Below are positions 30,201 through 40,085 of a DNA stretch of 64,000 nt, piece after piece. The position numbers and the translations under genes are program-made. Below the pieces are notes generated by a model, which saw only the letters and a program-made list of their open reading frames with translations, was not told the DNA's origin and did not search any database. Within the stretch, counting starts at the first letter, position 1; the number at the start of each line of letters is the position of its first letter. This DNA is from Paludibacter sp. (GTDB lineage: Bacteria; Bacteroidota; Bacteroidia; Bacteroidales; Paludibacteraceae), in contig JAQTUE010000023.1 in NCBI GenBank assembly GCA_028710415.1, positions 29,468-93,467 of the forward strand. The letters run 5' to 3'.

Positions 30201-30289
30201 GATTAATCATTGCTTTACCGCTATTATTAATAGTATTACCAAGTTTACTCAAATTAATCATTAAAAAACAATCAATATCCATCGAATAA
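27260..30289 (+). CDS. RND efflux permease (AcrB/CusA family)
   Basis: 1009 aa; GLIIDDAIIVVE, FLPEMDEG, RLRPKLMT. Confidence 0.95.
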   Translation: MENIFVRFKSPITVILLLILIGGGFSYQSMKTSLFPNVTFPKIKIIAQNGEQPVEKMMVQVTKPLENAIKGVDNLQLIRSTTSLGSCEISAYMNWNSDIDLDKQQVESQITQIKNDLPPGVQITVAKMNPSILPVMGYSLQSENKNPVELKMIAQYTVKPYLSRVLGVASVQVIGGKEKEYRIILDERKLNTLKINPLDIQKILQQTDFIKSTGFTVDYNRLYLTVTDATLKNIDQLENLVIFDNGIRKVKIIDVSSVQIAEQNEYIRIKADGKNVPLIAVVKQPKSNLIDVAGEVSVKVEELNKILPKGVVLKPYYNQAEFVHGSIRSIIDVLWIGLALAIIVVLLFLRSYKAGSVLLLTIPLTLALTFITLKFIGFDFNIMTIGAIAASIGLIIDDAIIVVEQIHRTHEEFPDKRPKELVGKAISFLFPAMVSSSLSTIVILIPFELMSGVAGAYFKILTETMVVTLVCSFVITWLGLPVVYLLLSKDKGLSESTETHLVKHRPWIEVFIIRPYISIAFVLVLILGLVLMLPRLQTGFLPEMDEGSIVLDYNSPPGTSLEETNRMLNEVDKILETTPEVKTYSRRTGTQMGFFITEPNRGDYLIELKTKRDKKTEEVSNDIRIRIEKTLPALTVDFGQVITDMLGDLMSSVQPVEIKIFGDNNQKLQALSKQVADSIKTIQGTADIFDGIIVAGPMLKILPKEEKLKQFGLNPSDLQSQMETYISGVVIGSIPEKEQLTDIRMIFPQNNKTPIEKMKDAKVCTSTGDYIPVSEMADFNILSGVTEIERENLQTMGVVTARLNNRDLGSVMSDIKNKLSQISLPPSYQIEYGGSYAEQQKSFAELLKILLIAALLVFSVVLFMFKDLKLSLIVIFVSSLGVVGGVAALFLTDTPLNVGSYTGLIMIVGIIGENCIFTIQQFLFELKNTTVNHALVFAISARLRPKLMTASGAIVALIPLALGIGSGAQMHQSLAIAVIGGLIIALPLLLIVLPSLLKLIIKKQSISIE

Positions 30290-30346
30290 TTCCTTTCAAA
30301 CTAATCAGTTCAGAATAAAGTCTAACTTTCTAAATTAGTCAAAATT

Positions 30347-30910
30347 ATGAAAGCACTAAAAATTATTCTTTATGTAATTGTCAGTCTGCTAATGATTACG
30401 TTAATTATTTATGCCAACTACAATGGCTTTTCAAATGTCAGCGTTAAAATAAAAAAAGAAGGTGGCGAACACTTGCTATTTCGTGAGATTACGGGTCCTT
30501 ACAGTCAAACAGGCGTTGAACTTAGTAAAGTTAAGTACGATTTAAAAAGCCAGTTTAAGATTGAAACTGCGAAAGACTTTGGAATGTATTTTGATAATCC
30601 TCAAAAAGTGGAAAAGAGCAAACTCCGATCGGAAGTGGGTTGTATTCTAGAGAATGCAGATACCACGCAGATATTTTGGTTAAAGTCTAAGTTTGAAATT
30701 AAGGTATTACCTATTAAAAATTATATTACAGCTGAATTTCCTTATAAAGGCAAAATGTCAATTATGATAGGCCTCATGAAGGTGTATCCAGCTTTAATGA
30801 AATTTGTAACGGCAAATGGATATTCCGAAAAAGGGCCGATCATGGAAATTTATGACCTGCCGAATAATAAAATTCTATATTTGAAAGAAGCTGTTAAAAA
30901 TGTGAAGTAA
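30347..30910 (+). CDS. Membrane-anchored GyrI-like small-molecule-binding protein
   Basis: N-terminal TM, GPYSQ, GMYFDNP, LRSEVGC, PIMEIYD. Confidence 0.8.
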   Translation: MKALKIILYVIVSLLMITLIIYANYNGFSNVSVKIKKEGGEHLLFREITGPYSQTGVELSKVKYDLKSQFKIETAKDFGMYFDNPQKVEKSKLRSEVGCILENADTTQIFWLKSKFEIKVLPIKNYITAEFPYKGKMSIMIGLMKVYPALMKFVTANGYSEKGPIMEIYDLPNNKILYLKEAVKNVK

Positions 30911-31058
30911 CTGTATTTGGGTAGCAGGAACCCTATTTTATCAATAAACACACAAAATCAGTCAAAAATAACACAAATACTAGTGTGGTTTATAGTATTT
31001 TTGGATACTGAAATTTTCATTAAATAGCAATCTATAAATTCAAAAACACTCATAACCA

Positions 31059-32249
31059 ATGAAAACAAAATTCTTGATTCCTGCTCTGCTTTTATGCTCG
31101 GGAATAATAGGTGCAGAAAGCATGAATCTGAAAGTATCTAATCCCAACAAAGCCGGAATTAATAATGCTCCGGTTGTAGTATCGTTGGATAAGTACAAAA
31201 CCATTCCAACAAATAAACGTGCTGAACTGGCTGTATTTGTGGAAGGAAAGCAAATCAGCAGCCAACTGGATGATTTAAATAAAGACGGAGTTCCTGATGA
31301 ACTTGTATTTTTACTTGACTTGAAAGCAAACCAGACACTTCCTGTTATCATTAAAACAATTCCTGCCAGCCAACGTAAGAACTTCCCGGCTGAAGTATAT
31401 GCCGACATGATTTCAAAAACCAAAGATGGTAAACAGGAATTTGTCAGGGAAATTTCTTCTACTAAAAATGATATGTACAACAAGATGCATCATCATGGGG
31501 TAGCTTTCGAATCGGCACTTATTGCTTATCGCATTTATTTTGATATTAAAAGTACTATTGATGTGTATGCAAAAAAGAAACAACAGCTGGAACTTGCAAC
31601 AACCGAGTGGTATCCAACTGACGAACAAGCAGCTGCAGGCTATGGAGACGATGTTTTGCGTGTATTCAATACTGTAGGTGTTGGATCAGTAAAAGGTTGG
31701 GACGGAACAAAAGCTACACATATCGATAAATTTGACAAACGTACCCAACGTATTGTAGCTTCCGGAAATCTTAGGACTGTAGTGGAAAGTGAAGTGGAAG
31801 GCTGGCAGTATGAAGGAAAGAAAATAAACATGACAGTGCGTTATATCCTGTATGCCCGTCACCGTGATGCTATTGCTGAAGTTCGCGCTTCCGAAGATAT
31901 TGCCAACCTGGCAACAGGTGTTCAAACTATTGCAGGAGGTCCTACAATGACTGGTCAAAAAGGATTAGTAGGTTCATGGGGTACCGATTATCCTGTGACA
32001 GATACCATTAAATATGAAAAACAAACCTGTGGATTGGGTGTTTATGTTCCCAAAGTAATTGCCAGACAGCAAGTAACCGAAGGATTGAATAACCTGATAT
32101 TAATGTCTTACCATAAAGGGGATATTCTTCGTTTCTACTTCACGGCAGCAGCATTAAAAGAAGAAAAGAAACCATTCAATTCCTCCGAACAATTCTTTGC
32201 TTACCTCAAACAATGGGCAACTAAATTGGAGCCGGTTGTAGTAAAATAA
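31059..32249 (+). CDS. DUF4861-like exported protein
   Basis: SQLDDLNKDGVPDELVF, HHGVAFES, YRIYFD, YGDDVLRV. Confidence 0.8.
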   Translation: MKTKFLIPALLLCSGIIGAESMNLKVSNPNKAGINNAPVVVSLDKYKTIPTNKRAELAVFVEGKQISSQLDDLNKDGVPDELVFLLDLKANQTLPVIIKTIPASQRKNFPAEVYADMISKTKDGKQEFVREISSTKNDMYNKMHHHGVAFESALIAYRIYFDIKSTIDVYAKKKQQLELATTEWYPTDEQAAAGYGDDVLRVFNTVGVGSVKGWDGTKATHIDKFDKRTQRIVASGNLRTVVESEVEGWQYEGKKINMTVRYILYARHRDAIAEVRASEDIANLATGVQTIAGGPTMTGQKGLVGSWGTDYPVTDTIKYEKQTCGLGVYVPKVIARQQVTEGLNNLILMSYHKGDILRFYFTAAALKEEKKPFNSSEQFFAYLKQWATKLEPVVVK

Positions 32250-32295
32250 GTAATAATCTAATTTAACTGATTATCTTAAAGCAATATAATCTAAA

Positions 32296-32341
32296 AAGTC
32301 CTGAAATATGTTTACAAATTCGTAAACACATTTCAGGACTT
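32296..32341. terminator. Bidirectional terminator
   Basis: AAGTCCTGAAATATGTTTAC...GTAAACACATTTCAGGACTT between convergent genes. Confidence 0.8.
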
Positions 32342-32386
32342 GTCTGTTATTCTAATATTTCAAATGATATAGTCGTTCAGAAACAA

Positions 32387-32793
32387 TTAAATATTAACCG
32401 ATAAAAGTTCATCTCCCAGTTTGTGTAAACCATCTTCTATCCTTTTACGTTGGGCAGGACGAGGTTTGCGCATTCCTGAAGCATAATGCGCCATAGTTGT
32501 CTCTCATTAATACCCGTAATGCGGGACAATGCAGCTTTTGTAAATATATCGCTATATGCATTCAACAATGCCTCAGTGGAAAGTTTAAACTCCAATTCAT
32601 AGTCACCTTTAAAAACCTCGGGTATGGACTCGTTATCTGCCAGACTGCTTTCAACGTGAAATTTAATGGCTTCTTTGATATTCTTTTTCATTTCTTCCAA
32701 AGTACCAGCCGTACTCACACAACCCAATAAAATAGGGGCATGTGCACTGTAATTATTGCCGGTATAATAAATATCTACATTTACTTTTTCCAT
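32387..32793 (-). pseudogene. hicB: HicB-like antitoxin with a 2-bp frameshift in its C-terminal HTH; no hicA upstream
   Basis: N-terminal NYSAH...GCVSTAGTLEEMKKNIKEAIKFH. Removing 32489-32490 restores GINERQLW-HYASGMRKPRPAQRKRIEDGLHKLGDELLSVNI. Confidence 0.8.
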
Positions 32794-32862
32794 GACTAAA
32801 TATCTATCTTCAAAGATAGTAATAAAACGAACTATATATTTCCTTTTAATTTTATTTAAGCC

Positions 32863-34152
32863 CTACATATCCATTCCAGGCATACTACTTACTTTCTTAT
32901 TTTCAGGTTGACTACGATTCATCATACTTGGTTTTCCGGCCAGTTGTGCAGCTGCATCCACACTAAAAGTACCATCAGTAACAATTTCTTCCCCTTCACT
33001 TAGGCCACTTTCCACAACATAACTGTTGCCAAGCATAGGTCCCAGTTCAATTTCACGGATCTTGAAATTAATTTCAGTTGATTCAGGTTGCTTAACATAG
33101 ACTATGGATCGTTTTCCTGTCCACAATACCGCAGAGCGTGGTATAACGAGCTTATCCCTGAATTCATTCAGGTTGGAGCGAACCAATCCGGTGGCATACA
33201 TTTCAGGTTTAAGTTTGGCTCCCGAATTATTCACCTCCACACGTACTTTTGCAACCCTGTTGACAGGATCAATGACAGGATCAATAAATTTGATATTCGC
33301 TGTAAAGTTCTGTCCCGGCAATGCCTGAATGGTAAATGAAATGTTGTTACCTACTTTGAGGAATGGCAAATCGCTTTCATAGGCATCAAAAAGGACCCAA
33401 ACACTCGAAAGGTTCGCTACATCAAACAACACACTACCTTCGGAAACATGATCACCGGTAGCAACACGCTTGGCAGTTACAATTCCCGAAGTATTTGAGT
33501 ATACTTCAAAATTCATTTTTACCCTGCCTGAACTTTCAATTTGGGCAATCTGCTTTTCAGTTAACATCCATTGCATCAGCTTTTCTTTGCTGGCTTCATA
33601 AATCTCGGGTTGCGATTGTTTGCTTTTTGCCGCCTCAAGCAGCTCCTGTTGTGCAGTGATTAGATCAGGGGAGTAAATCATTGCCAGTAACTGACCTTGG
33701 TGAACCGCTTCACCGGTGAAATTTACAAACAGTTTTTCAATCCGTCCACTTACATGGGCAACCTGATTTTGCAACAAGCGTTCATCAGCCTGCACCTTTC
33801 CATATAATCGGACTTCCTTAACCGGTTGTTGATGACTGACAATGGAAGTAGCGACATTGGCCAGTTCCATAGCCTCCTTCGAAAAGTAAACTGCATCTGA
33901 ATCTATTTTTACACTGCTATTTTGATTCAACAGAATCAATTCCATGGCACAGATTGGACATTTACCGGGATGATCCAACCTGATCTGGGGATGCATGGCA
34001 CACGTCCAGATCTCTTTCTTACTTATTTTATCGGAATGAATAGGTTCTTCTTTTTTCCCGTTCGATGAATGGAAGAATAACCATCCCAGCAATAGTCCTG
34101 CTAAGATTAACAGTCCACTGCGAATATACATATTTGAAAATATCTTTTTCAT
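32863..34152 (-). CDS. CusB-like RND adaptor with a heavy-metal-binding domain
   Basis: WTCAMHPQIR...PGKCPICAMEL, LKPEMY, ends MPGMDM. True start is likely MKKIFS at 34152. Confidence 0.9.
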   Translation of the reverse strand: MKKIFSNMYIRSGLLILAGLLLGWLFFHSSNGKKEEPIHSDKISKKEIWTCAMHPQIRLDHPGKCPICAMELILLNQNSSVKIDSDAVYFSKEAMELANVATSIVSHQQPVKEVRLYGKVQADERLLQNQVAHVSGRIEKLFVNFTGEAVHQGQLLAMIYSPDLITAQQELLEAAKSKQSQPEIYEASKEKLMQWMLTEKQIAQIESSGRVKMNFEVYSNTSGIVTAKRVATGDHVSEGSVLFDVANLSSVWVLFDAYESDLPFLKVGNNISFTIQALPGQNFTANIKFIDPVIDPVNRVAKVRVEVNNSGAKLKPEMYATGLVRSNLNEFRDKLVIPRSAVLWTGKRSIVYVKQPESTEINFKIREIELGPMLGNSYVVESGLSEGEEIVTDGTFSVDAAAQLAGKPSMMNRSQPENKKVSSMPGMDM

Positions 34153-34167
34153 ATTATAATTTTTATT

Positions 34168-34294
34168 ACCCCCAACCCCTAAAGGGGAGTTAAGAGTTCG
34201 TATTTTATTTAAATCTATCAGATCTATGAAACAACGTCTGACACCCCATGTAGGAGCCTCGGGTTTCTTAATCCCCTTTAGGGGGAAGGGGGTC
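34168..34294. repeat. MITE/REP-like element (CCCCCAACCCCYAAAGGGG family), copy 2, overlapping the tolC 3' end
   Basis: ACCCCCAACCCCTAAAGGGGAGTTAAGA ... TCTTAATCCCCTTTAGGGGGAAGGGGGTC. Confidence 0.85.
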
Positions 34295-35713
34295 AATCAA
34301 TCGTTTCATCCAGGCCTCTGCCTTATTAAAATCACTCACTGCTTCCACCTTCTTAAACTCATAATCAAACAATTGTTGTCGTACACGTAATAATTCAGTC
34401 AGATTTGAACTGGACGATGAGAAGGATTTAATCAATATATCCAGTGTCTTTTGTGCCAGCTTACTTTGGTTCTCATACAATTTCATTCGCCGTTGGGCAT
34501 CATTGTACAATTGCAATGCTTCGTAATATTCAGTTTGCAACCCATTGGCAGTTGCCTGGTAGTTCTGTTCCGAAGCCTTTTTCAAATAAGCTGATTCCGA
34601 TTGCATGGCTTTGTATTTGTTCCTGTAAACCGGCAAAGTCAAAACTAACATAGGCATGATCATATCCTTTCCGTTCATGGGTGACGAGGACATTTCACTC
34701 TTATTGATAACAGTATAATTCAGCCCCAGTCCAATCATTGGCAAACCCATTTTGTTTTGCATTTTCTTTCGGGCCTCCAACGATTGTTGTTCATACCGGT
34801 ACATCCATAACATTGGATTACTTTGAAACATGGAATCGTTGACCGACAAATACGTAATGTCAAGTTGTTCGGTTGGTAAGATTTCAACCTCCATAACCTG
34901 AGTCTTCTGATTGCGGTTTAACATGCTATTAAAACGAGCTACAAGTACCTGTTCTTCATTTTTTAGGGAAGCGATGTTATTCTCCAAATCTCCCTTTTCT
35001 ATTTGAATCTGATAGACATCCGATAAACCGGTTCCACCCGAAACAGACCCCATAGGTGCTGAAGGAGCAGAACTGGTAACCTGTGCTGTAGATTCGTTTG
35101 ATTTTCCACCCATGGTATTCATGCCTGACGAACCTGAATTTGCTACCGCTGAGCTGATGCCAGACATCCTGCCTGGTGATGAAGGTGTACTTCCGTTTAT
35201 GGAACCTGATTTATATTTTACCAACGTTAATCGTTCAATCGTTTTCAACAGATCAATATTCTTTTCAGAAATCCGGATATTCTGGCGTACCTTGTACAAA
35301 TCAAACCAGGTTCGTTGCACATCATAATATACCTGTAACTTGGCATCCCGGAATGTTTCAAATTTTGCTTTTGCCATCAGGCTCATTTCATCCTTTGCAT
35401 TCTTTATCACGCCAAACCATGGAAACATCTGCATCAGTTTGATATCGGCCACCTGATTGCCGCTTATCAATTCCATTGGACTCAGGAAAACCCCCAGTTC
35501 TAATTGAGGATCAGGCAAACTTCCCACCTGTGGAACTTTCTGCAGCGAAGCCTGATATTCATTATACCGTTGCAAAACAGTAGGGTTATTTTTAGCTGCT
35601 GTTTCCAGATAATAAGTAAGTGAATCGGATTGCTGGCTATATCCTGCTACTGAACAGGTCAACAGGATAAATTGAAGCAGTATCTTTCTTAAATTAAATA
35701 TTTTCATACTCAT
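34268..35713 (-). CDS. TolC/CusC-family outer-membrane protein
   Basis: AAKNNP, QVGSLPDP, QMFPWFG; Ser/Gly/Met-rich insertion. Confidence 0.9.
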   Translation of the reverse strand: MSMKIFNLRKILLQFILLTCSVAGYSQQSDSLTYYLETAAKNNPTVLQRYNEYQASLQKVPQVGSLPDPQLELGVFLSPMELISGNQVADIKLMQMFPWFGVIKNAKDEMSLMAKAKFETFRDAKLQVYYDVQRTWFDLYKVRQNIRISEKNIDLLKTIERLTLVKYKSGSINGSTPSSPGRMSGISSAVANSGSSGMNTMGGKSNESTAQVTSSAPSAPMGSVSGGTGLSDVYQIQIEKGDLENNIASLKNEEQVLVARFNSMLNRNQKTQVMEVEILPTEQLDITYLSVNDSMFQSNPMLWMYRYEQQSLEARKKMQNKMGLPMIGLGLNYTVINKSEMSSSPMNGKDMIMPMLVLTLPVYRNKYKAMQSESAYLKKASEQNYQATANGLQTEYYEALQLYNDAQRRMKLYENQSKLAQKTLDILIKSFSSSSSNLTELLRVRQQLFDYEFKKVEAVSDFNKAEAWMKRLIDPLPPKGD

Positions 35714-38700
35714 TCTGCATTAATTGTTAGTTGAACCGCCTTTTTATTTTCACGGGTTACAGCATTCTCCCTCCACATTGCCTGAAAGAGAGGAACCACA
35801 AATATGGTCATCACCTGAATAATCATCCCGCCAAAAGTAGGGATTGCCATCGGCACCATAATATCAGCCCCTTTTCCGGTGGATGTAAGGACCGGTAATA
35901 AGGCAATGACAGCAACTGCAGTGGTCATCATGGCCGGCCTGACACGTTTCTTCCCTGCCGAAATGACTGCTTCGCGCACTTCATGTACTGTTGAAGGTTT
36001 CTTTTCTTCAAACACCTGATGAATATAGGTTCCCATGATTACTCCATCGTTGGTAGCAATTCCAAAGAGTGCAATAAATCCCACCCATACCGCTACACTC
36101 AAATTTATGGGATGCATCTGGAACATATCACGGAGGTTCATTCCCGCAACAGAGAAGTTCAGGAACCAATCCTGGCCATAGAGCCACAGCATGATAAATC
36201 CTCCTGCAAATGCCACGAAAACACCTGAGAAATGGATAAATGAGGCTGTCACCGTCTTGAACTGGAAGTACAACAATAGCAGAATTAGCAACAAGCTGAT
36301 TGGAATAACAACGGCCAATCTTTCAGTAGCCCTGATTTCATTTTCGTAATTCCCTGCAAACTTATAGGTAACTCCTGCCGGGATCTTCAATTCTCCCGAA
36401 TCAAGTTTCTTTTGTAACAAAGCACCTGCTTCGTTCACAACATCAACTTCAGCCTTGCTTTCTATCTTGTCAAAGATCACATACCCCACCAGGAATGTAT
36501 TTTCTGTTTTGATCATCTGGGCTCCACGGGTATAATTGATATCCGCAATTTCGCCTAACGGGATTTGTGTACCATTCCCCGAAGGAATCAGGATTCTTTT
36601 GATATCATCCGGATTGTCCCTCAACTCACGGGCATACCGCACCCGCATTGGGAATCGTTCCCGGCCTTCCACCGAGGTACTTAATGACATCCCTCCCATG
36701 GCTACCTGCAGTACTTCCTGCACATCGCTGACAGTCATACCATAACGTGCCATTGCTTCCCGGTTTAGTTTAATCTCGAGATAGGGTGCTCCTACTGCCC
36801 TGTCGTAAAATACCGACGAAGCTTTAATCGATGGATCACTCTTCAGGGCCTTTTCAAATTGCATGCCTGCCTTCTCTATCGTTTCCAGGTCGGTCCCATA
36901 TACTTTCAGTCCCATGGGTGCACGCATTCCGGTAGAAAGCATGACCAGCCTTGTTTCAATAGGTTGCAGCTTAGGTGCTGAAGTCAATCCGGGAATATCG
37001 GTTACTTTTACAATTTCATTCCAGATATCATTCGGCCTTTTAATCTGCGGCCTCCATTGACGAAAATACTCCCCATGGCTGTCTGTGATCAGGCTGTCCG
37101 AAGGAATGGCCCTGAATTTGGCAGTGCCGGGATTATATTTTGTACCGTTTTTTAACAGGTAATTTCCATCATGATCCACCTTGAATCGTTCCCTGTGCCC
37201 ATCTTCATCCAGAATATATTCAGGACGATAATTGATGGTATTTTCGAACATTTGTACCGGTGCTGGGTCTAAGGCTGAATTGACACGGCCCCATTTCCCA
37301 ACGGCCACTTCCACTTCGGGTATGGTGGTAAGTCGTTTATCCAGGGTTTCAATATACTGCAAATTCTTTTCAATGCTCGAATGCGGCATGCTGGTGGGCA
37401 TCAACAAATAAGATCCTTCATTCAGCGAAGGCATAAATTCTTTGCCAATTCCCGGGAAAGCCCGTGCAGGTCCATGTACCCCAACTTTTTCGACCCCTGT
37501 AGCTACAAATCCAAATGTTTTATCAAATCCCTGCCATACCAAAAATCCAAAGAATAAGGTAAATGCAGGAAGTATCAGGAATTTCCATTTGTGGATCAAT
37601 GCCCATCGAAGTATTGGCTCGTAATAATGAACCATGGTCATCAAAGCACCCAAAATCACTGTTACAATTCCGGTCACAAACAGGAAGTTCACCAGCGTGC
37701 TGTTATGCGCCCCCAATGGCAGCCATTCGATGGATAAATAATACACTGCCACCAACACGGTGATGGCAATATTTATATAATTCGGATATTCCTTGTATTT
37801 TTCAGGCCATCGATCATCCTGCAGGTTGTTTATTCCTACCGCAATTAAAGCCAATGCAGGCCAAACTTGCCATACTATTATAAATATGATTCCGGCAATG
37901 ATCAAACTACCATTGAAATATTTGCGTACTTTTTTTGTATCAATACGGATATCGAAGAGAATATGCACTAACGTAGGCAGCACCACTATCCCCAGGATAA
38001 AAGCAGATAACAAGGCAAAAGTTTTGGTAAAAGCCAATGGGTGAAACAGCTTTCCTTCGGCAGCTTCCATGGCAAATACAGGCAGGAAGCTGACAATAGT
38101 AGTAGCAATGGAAGTTACCACGGCAGCCCTGACTTCGGTGGTTGCCAGATAGATGACATTCATCAGTTCTTTGCCCCGGATGCCTTTGTTTTCAGGCATT
38201 TCCAAATGGCGGAGTATATTCTCCACATCCACAATCCCGATATCCACCATCACCCCAATGGCAATGGCAATTCCCGAAAGGGCTACTATGTTGGCATCCA
38301 CATGAAAGAAATGCATCAGGATAAAGGTCATCAATACTCCCAAGGGCAATAATCCGGCAACAATAACCGATGCACGAAGATTCAACACCAGTACGATGAT
38401 AACGATGATACTGATCAGAATCTCATGCGATAATGCCGATTCAAGGGTTCCTACAGTTTCTTTAATCAGTCCGGTACGGTCATAGAATGGTACAACTGTA
38501 ACTTTTGAAATGCTGCCATCAGGCAATTTCTTTTGTGGCAATCCTGCTTCTATCTCTTTTATTTTTGCTTTTACATTCCCGATAACCTCCATGGGGTTGG
38601 AACCATACCGTGCAACCACTACGGCACCAACTGCTTCAGCACCGGCTTTATCAAGTCCACCACGGCGGGTTGCAGGTCCAAACGAAGTATGTGCAACATC

Positions 38701-39534
38701 CTTTATCCTGACCGGTATATTATTACGAACTGATACAACTGAATTCTCCAGGTCTTCCAGGCTCTTTACATAACCCAGTCCCCGGATAATGTATTCCACA
38801 TTATTCAGTTCCACAGTTTCAGCACCAATATCCAGGTTACTTTTACGCACGGCATTCATTACGTCCATGACGGATACATTGAATGCTTTCAATGCTTCCG
38901 GATTGACATCCACCTGATATTCCTTCGTGAATCCTCCCACTGAGGCTACTTCCGAAACACCTTCGGCAGCCGACAGGCTGTACTTGACATAGAAATCCTG
39001 AATGGTTCTCAATTCCTGTGGATTCCAGCCTCCATTGGGCTTCCCTGTCTTTGGGTCCCGTCCTTCGAGTGTATACCAGTATATCTGGCCCAATGCGGTT
39101 GCATCAGGTCCTAATGAGGGTTGTACTCCCTGGGGCAAGGTCCCGTTAGGCAATGAATTGAGCTTTTCAAGTATCCTGGACCGGCTCCAATAAAACTCTA
39201 TGTTATCTTTGAAAATAATATAGATAAACGACATGCCGAACATGGACGTACTGCGGATAGTTTTCACTCCCGGAATACCCAGTAAGGCGGATGTAAGAGG
39301 ATAACTGATCTGATCCTGTATGTCCTTGGGCGAGCGTCCCATCCATTCGGTGGATACAATCTGCTGATTGTCGCCAATATCCGGGATAGCATCCACCGGA
39401 ATCGGATCACGGGGAATAATCCCCGTTTTCCAATTGAAAGGTGAGTAGGCTATTCCCATCACCAGAAAGGCAATCAGGAATATGAAGGTTATCAACCTAT
39501 GTTCGAGAAAATATTTGACTAATCGATTAAACAT
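35710..39534 (-). CDS. cusA: CusA-family heavy-metal RND permease
   Basis: VDAIPDIGDNQ, FYWSRSRILE, LGPDATALGQIYWY, IAIAIGVMVD, KRVRPAMMT. Confidence 0.92.
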   Translation of the reverse strand: MFNRLVKYFLEHRLITFIFLIAFLVMGIAYSPFNWKTGIIPRDPIPVDAIPDIGDNQQIVSTEWMGRSPKDIQDQISYPLTSALLGIPGVKTIRSTSMFGMSFIYIIFKDNIEFYWSRSRILEKLNSLPNGTLPQGVQPSLGPDATALGQIYWYTLEGRDPKTGKPNGGWNPQELRTIQDFYVKYSLSAAEGVSEVASVGGFTKEYQVDVNPEALKAFNVSVMDVMNAVRKSNLDIGAETVELNNVEYIIRGLGYVKSLEDLENSVVSVRNNIPVRIKDVAHTSFGPATRRGGLDKAGAEAVGAVVVARYGSNPMEVIGNVKAKIKEIEAGLPQKKLPDGSISKVTVVPFYDRTGLIKETVGTLESALSHEILISIIVIIVLVLNLRASVIVAGLLPLGVLMTFILMHFFHVDANIVALSGIAIAIGVMVDIGIVDVENILRHLEMPENKGIRGKELMNVIYLATTEVRAAVVTSIATTIVSFLPVFAMEAAEGKLFHPLAFTKTFALLSAFILGIVVLPTLVHILFDIRIDTKKVRKYFNGSLIIAGIIFIIVWQVWPALALIAVGINNLQDDRWPEKYKEYPNYINIAITVLVAVYYLSIEWLPLGAHNSTLVNFLFVTGIVTVILGALMTMVHYYEPILRWALIHKWKFLILPAFTLFFGFLVWQGFDKTFGFVATGVEKVGVHGPARAFPGIGKEFMPSLNEGSYLLMPTSMPHSSIEKNLQYIETLDKRLTTIPEVEVAVGKWGRVNSALDPAPVQMFENTINYRPEYILDEDGHRERFKVDHDGNYLLKNGTKYNPGTAKFRAIPSDSLITDSHGEYFRQWRPQIKRPNDIWNEIVKVTDIPGLTSAPKLQPIETRLVMLSTGMRAPMGLKVYGTDLETIEKAGMQFEKALKSDPSIKASSVFYDRAVGAPYLEIKLNREAMARYGMTVSDVQEVLQVAMGGMSLSTSVEGRERFPMRVRYARELRDNPDDIKRILIPSGNGTQIPLGEIADINYTRGAQMIKTENTFLVGYVIFDKIESKAEVDVVNEAGALLQKKLDSGELKIPAGVTYKFAGNYENEIRATERLAVVIPISLLLILLLLYFQFKTVTASFIHFSGVFVAFAGGFIMLWLYGQDWFLNFSVAGMNLRDMFQMHPINLSVAVWVGFIALFGIATNDGVIMGTYIHQVFEEKKPSTVHEVREAVISAGKKRVRPAMMTTAVAVIALLPVLTSTGKGADIMVPMAIPTFGGMIIQVMTIFVVPLFQAMWRENAVTRENKKAVQLTINAE

Positions 39535-39626
39535 AAATCTAATTTGCTATTATTTAAATTGACCAATGAACGAATGCATACTCCTTTTATCAGAACATTT
39601 GTTTATGAAATCATTATAACTATTCA

Positions 39627-40073
39627 TTACATATTCATCATTCCACAACCCTGCATCATTTTACACTTTTTCTTAGTACCATTTTCCTTTTTTACCAGGT
39701 CCATGCCACATTTTGGACATTTACCGGGTTTATCGGATATTACTTCAGGATGCATTGGACAGGTATATTCAACTTTAGCCACCTCTTTTTTTACCAGATC
39801 CATGCCGCATTCAGGACATTTACCGGGATTATCCGAGATAATTTCAGGATGCATGGAACAGGTGTAAACTACTTTCGTTGCTTGTGCTTCTTTTTTCACC
39901 AGGTCCATGCCGCATTTGGGGCATTCTCCAGGTTTACCGGAAATGACTTCCGGATGCATAGGACAGGTATATTCCACTTTCTTGGGTTGGTCCTGATTCG
40001 AACTATTTATACCTGAAGTAGTAATAAAAACTGTAAGGATTACCAGTGCTGAAATAATTATTTTATTTTTCAT
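39627..40073 (-). CDS. Exported protein with three tandem heavy-metal-binding domains
   Basis: Signal peptide plus three YTC[PS]MHPE...PG[EK]CP[KE]CGMDLVKKE repeats. Confidence 0.92.
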   Translation of the reverse strand: MKNKIIISALVILTVFITTSGINSSNQDQPKKVEYTCPMHPEVISGKPGECPKCGMDLVKKEAQATKVVYTCSMHPEIISDNPGKCPECGMDLVKKEVAKVEYTCPMHPEVISDKPGKCPKCGMDLVKKENGTKKKCKMMQGCGMMNM

Positions 40074-40085
40074 ACCCGTAAATTA

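Noticed and set aside
34153-34296. 48-aa N-terminal extension of the CusB-like ORF
   Set aside because: It is a read-through of the MITE/REP element; ATG 34152 gives a normal membrane-anchored start.
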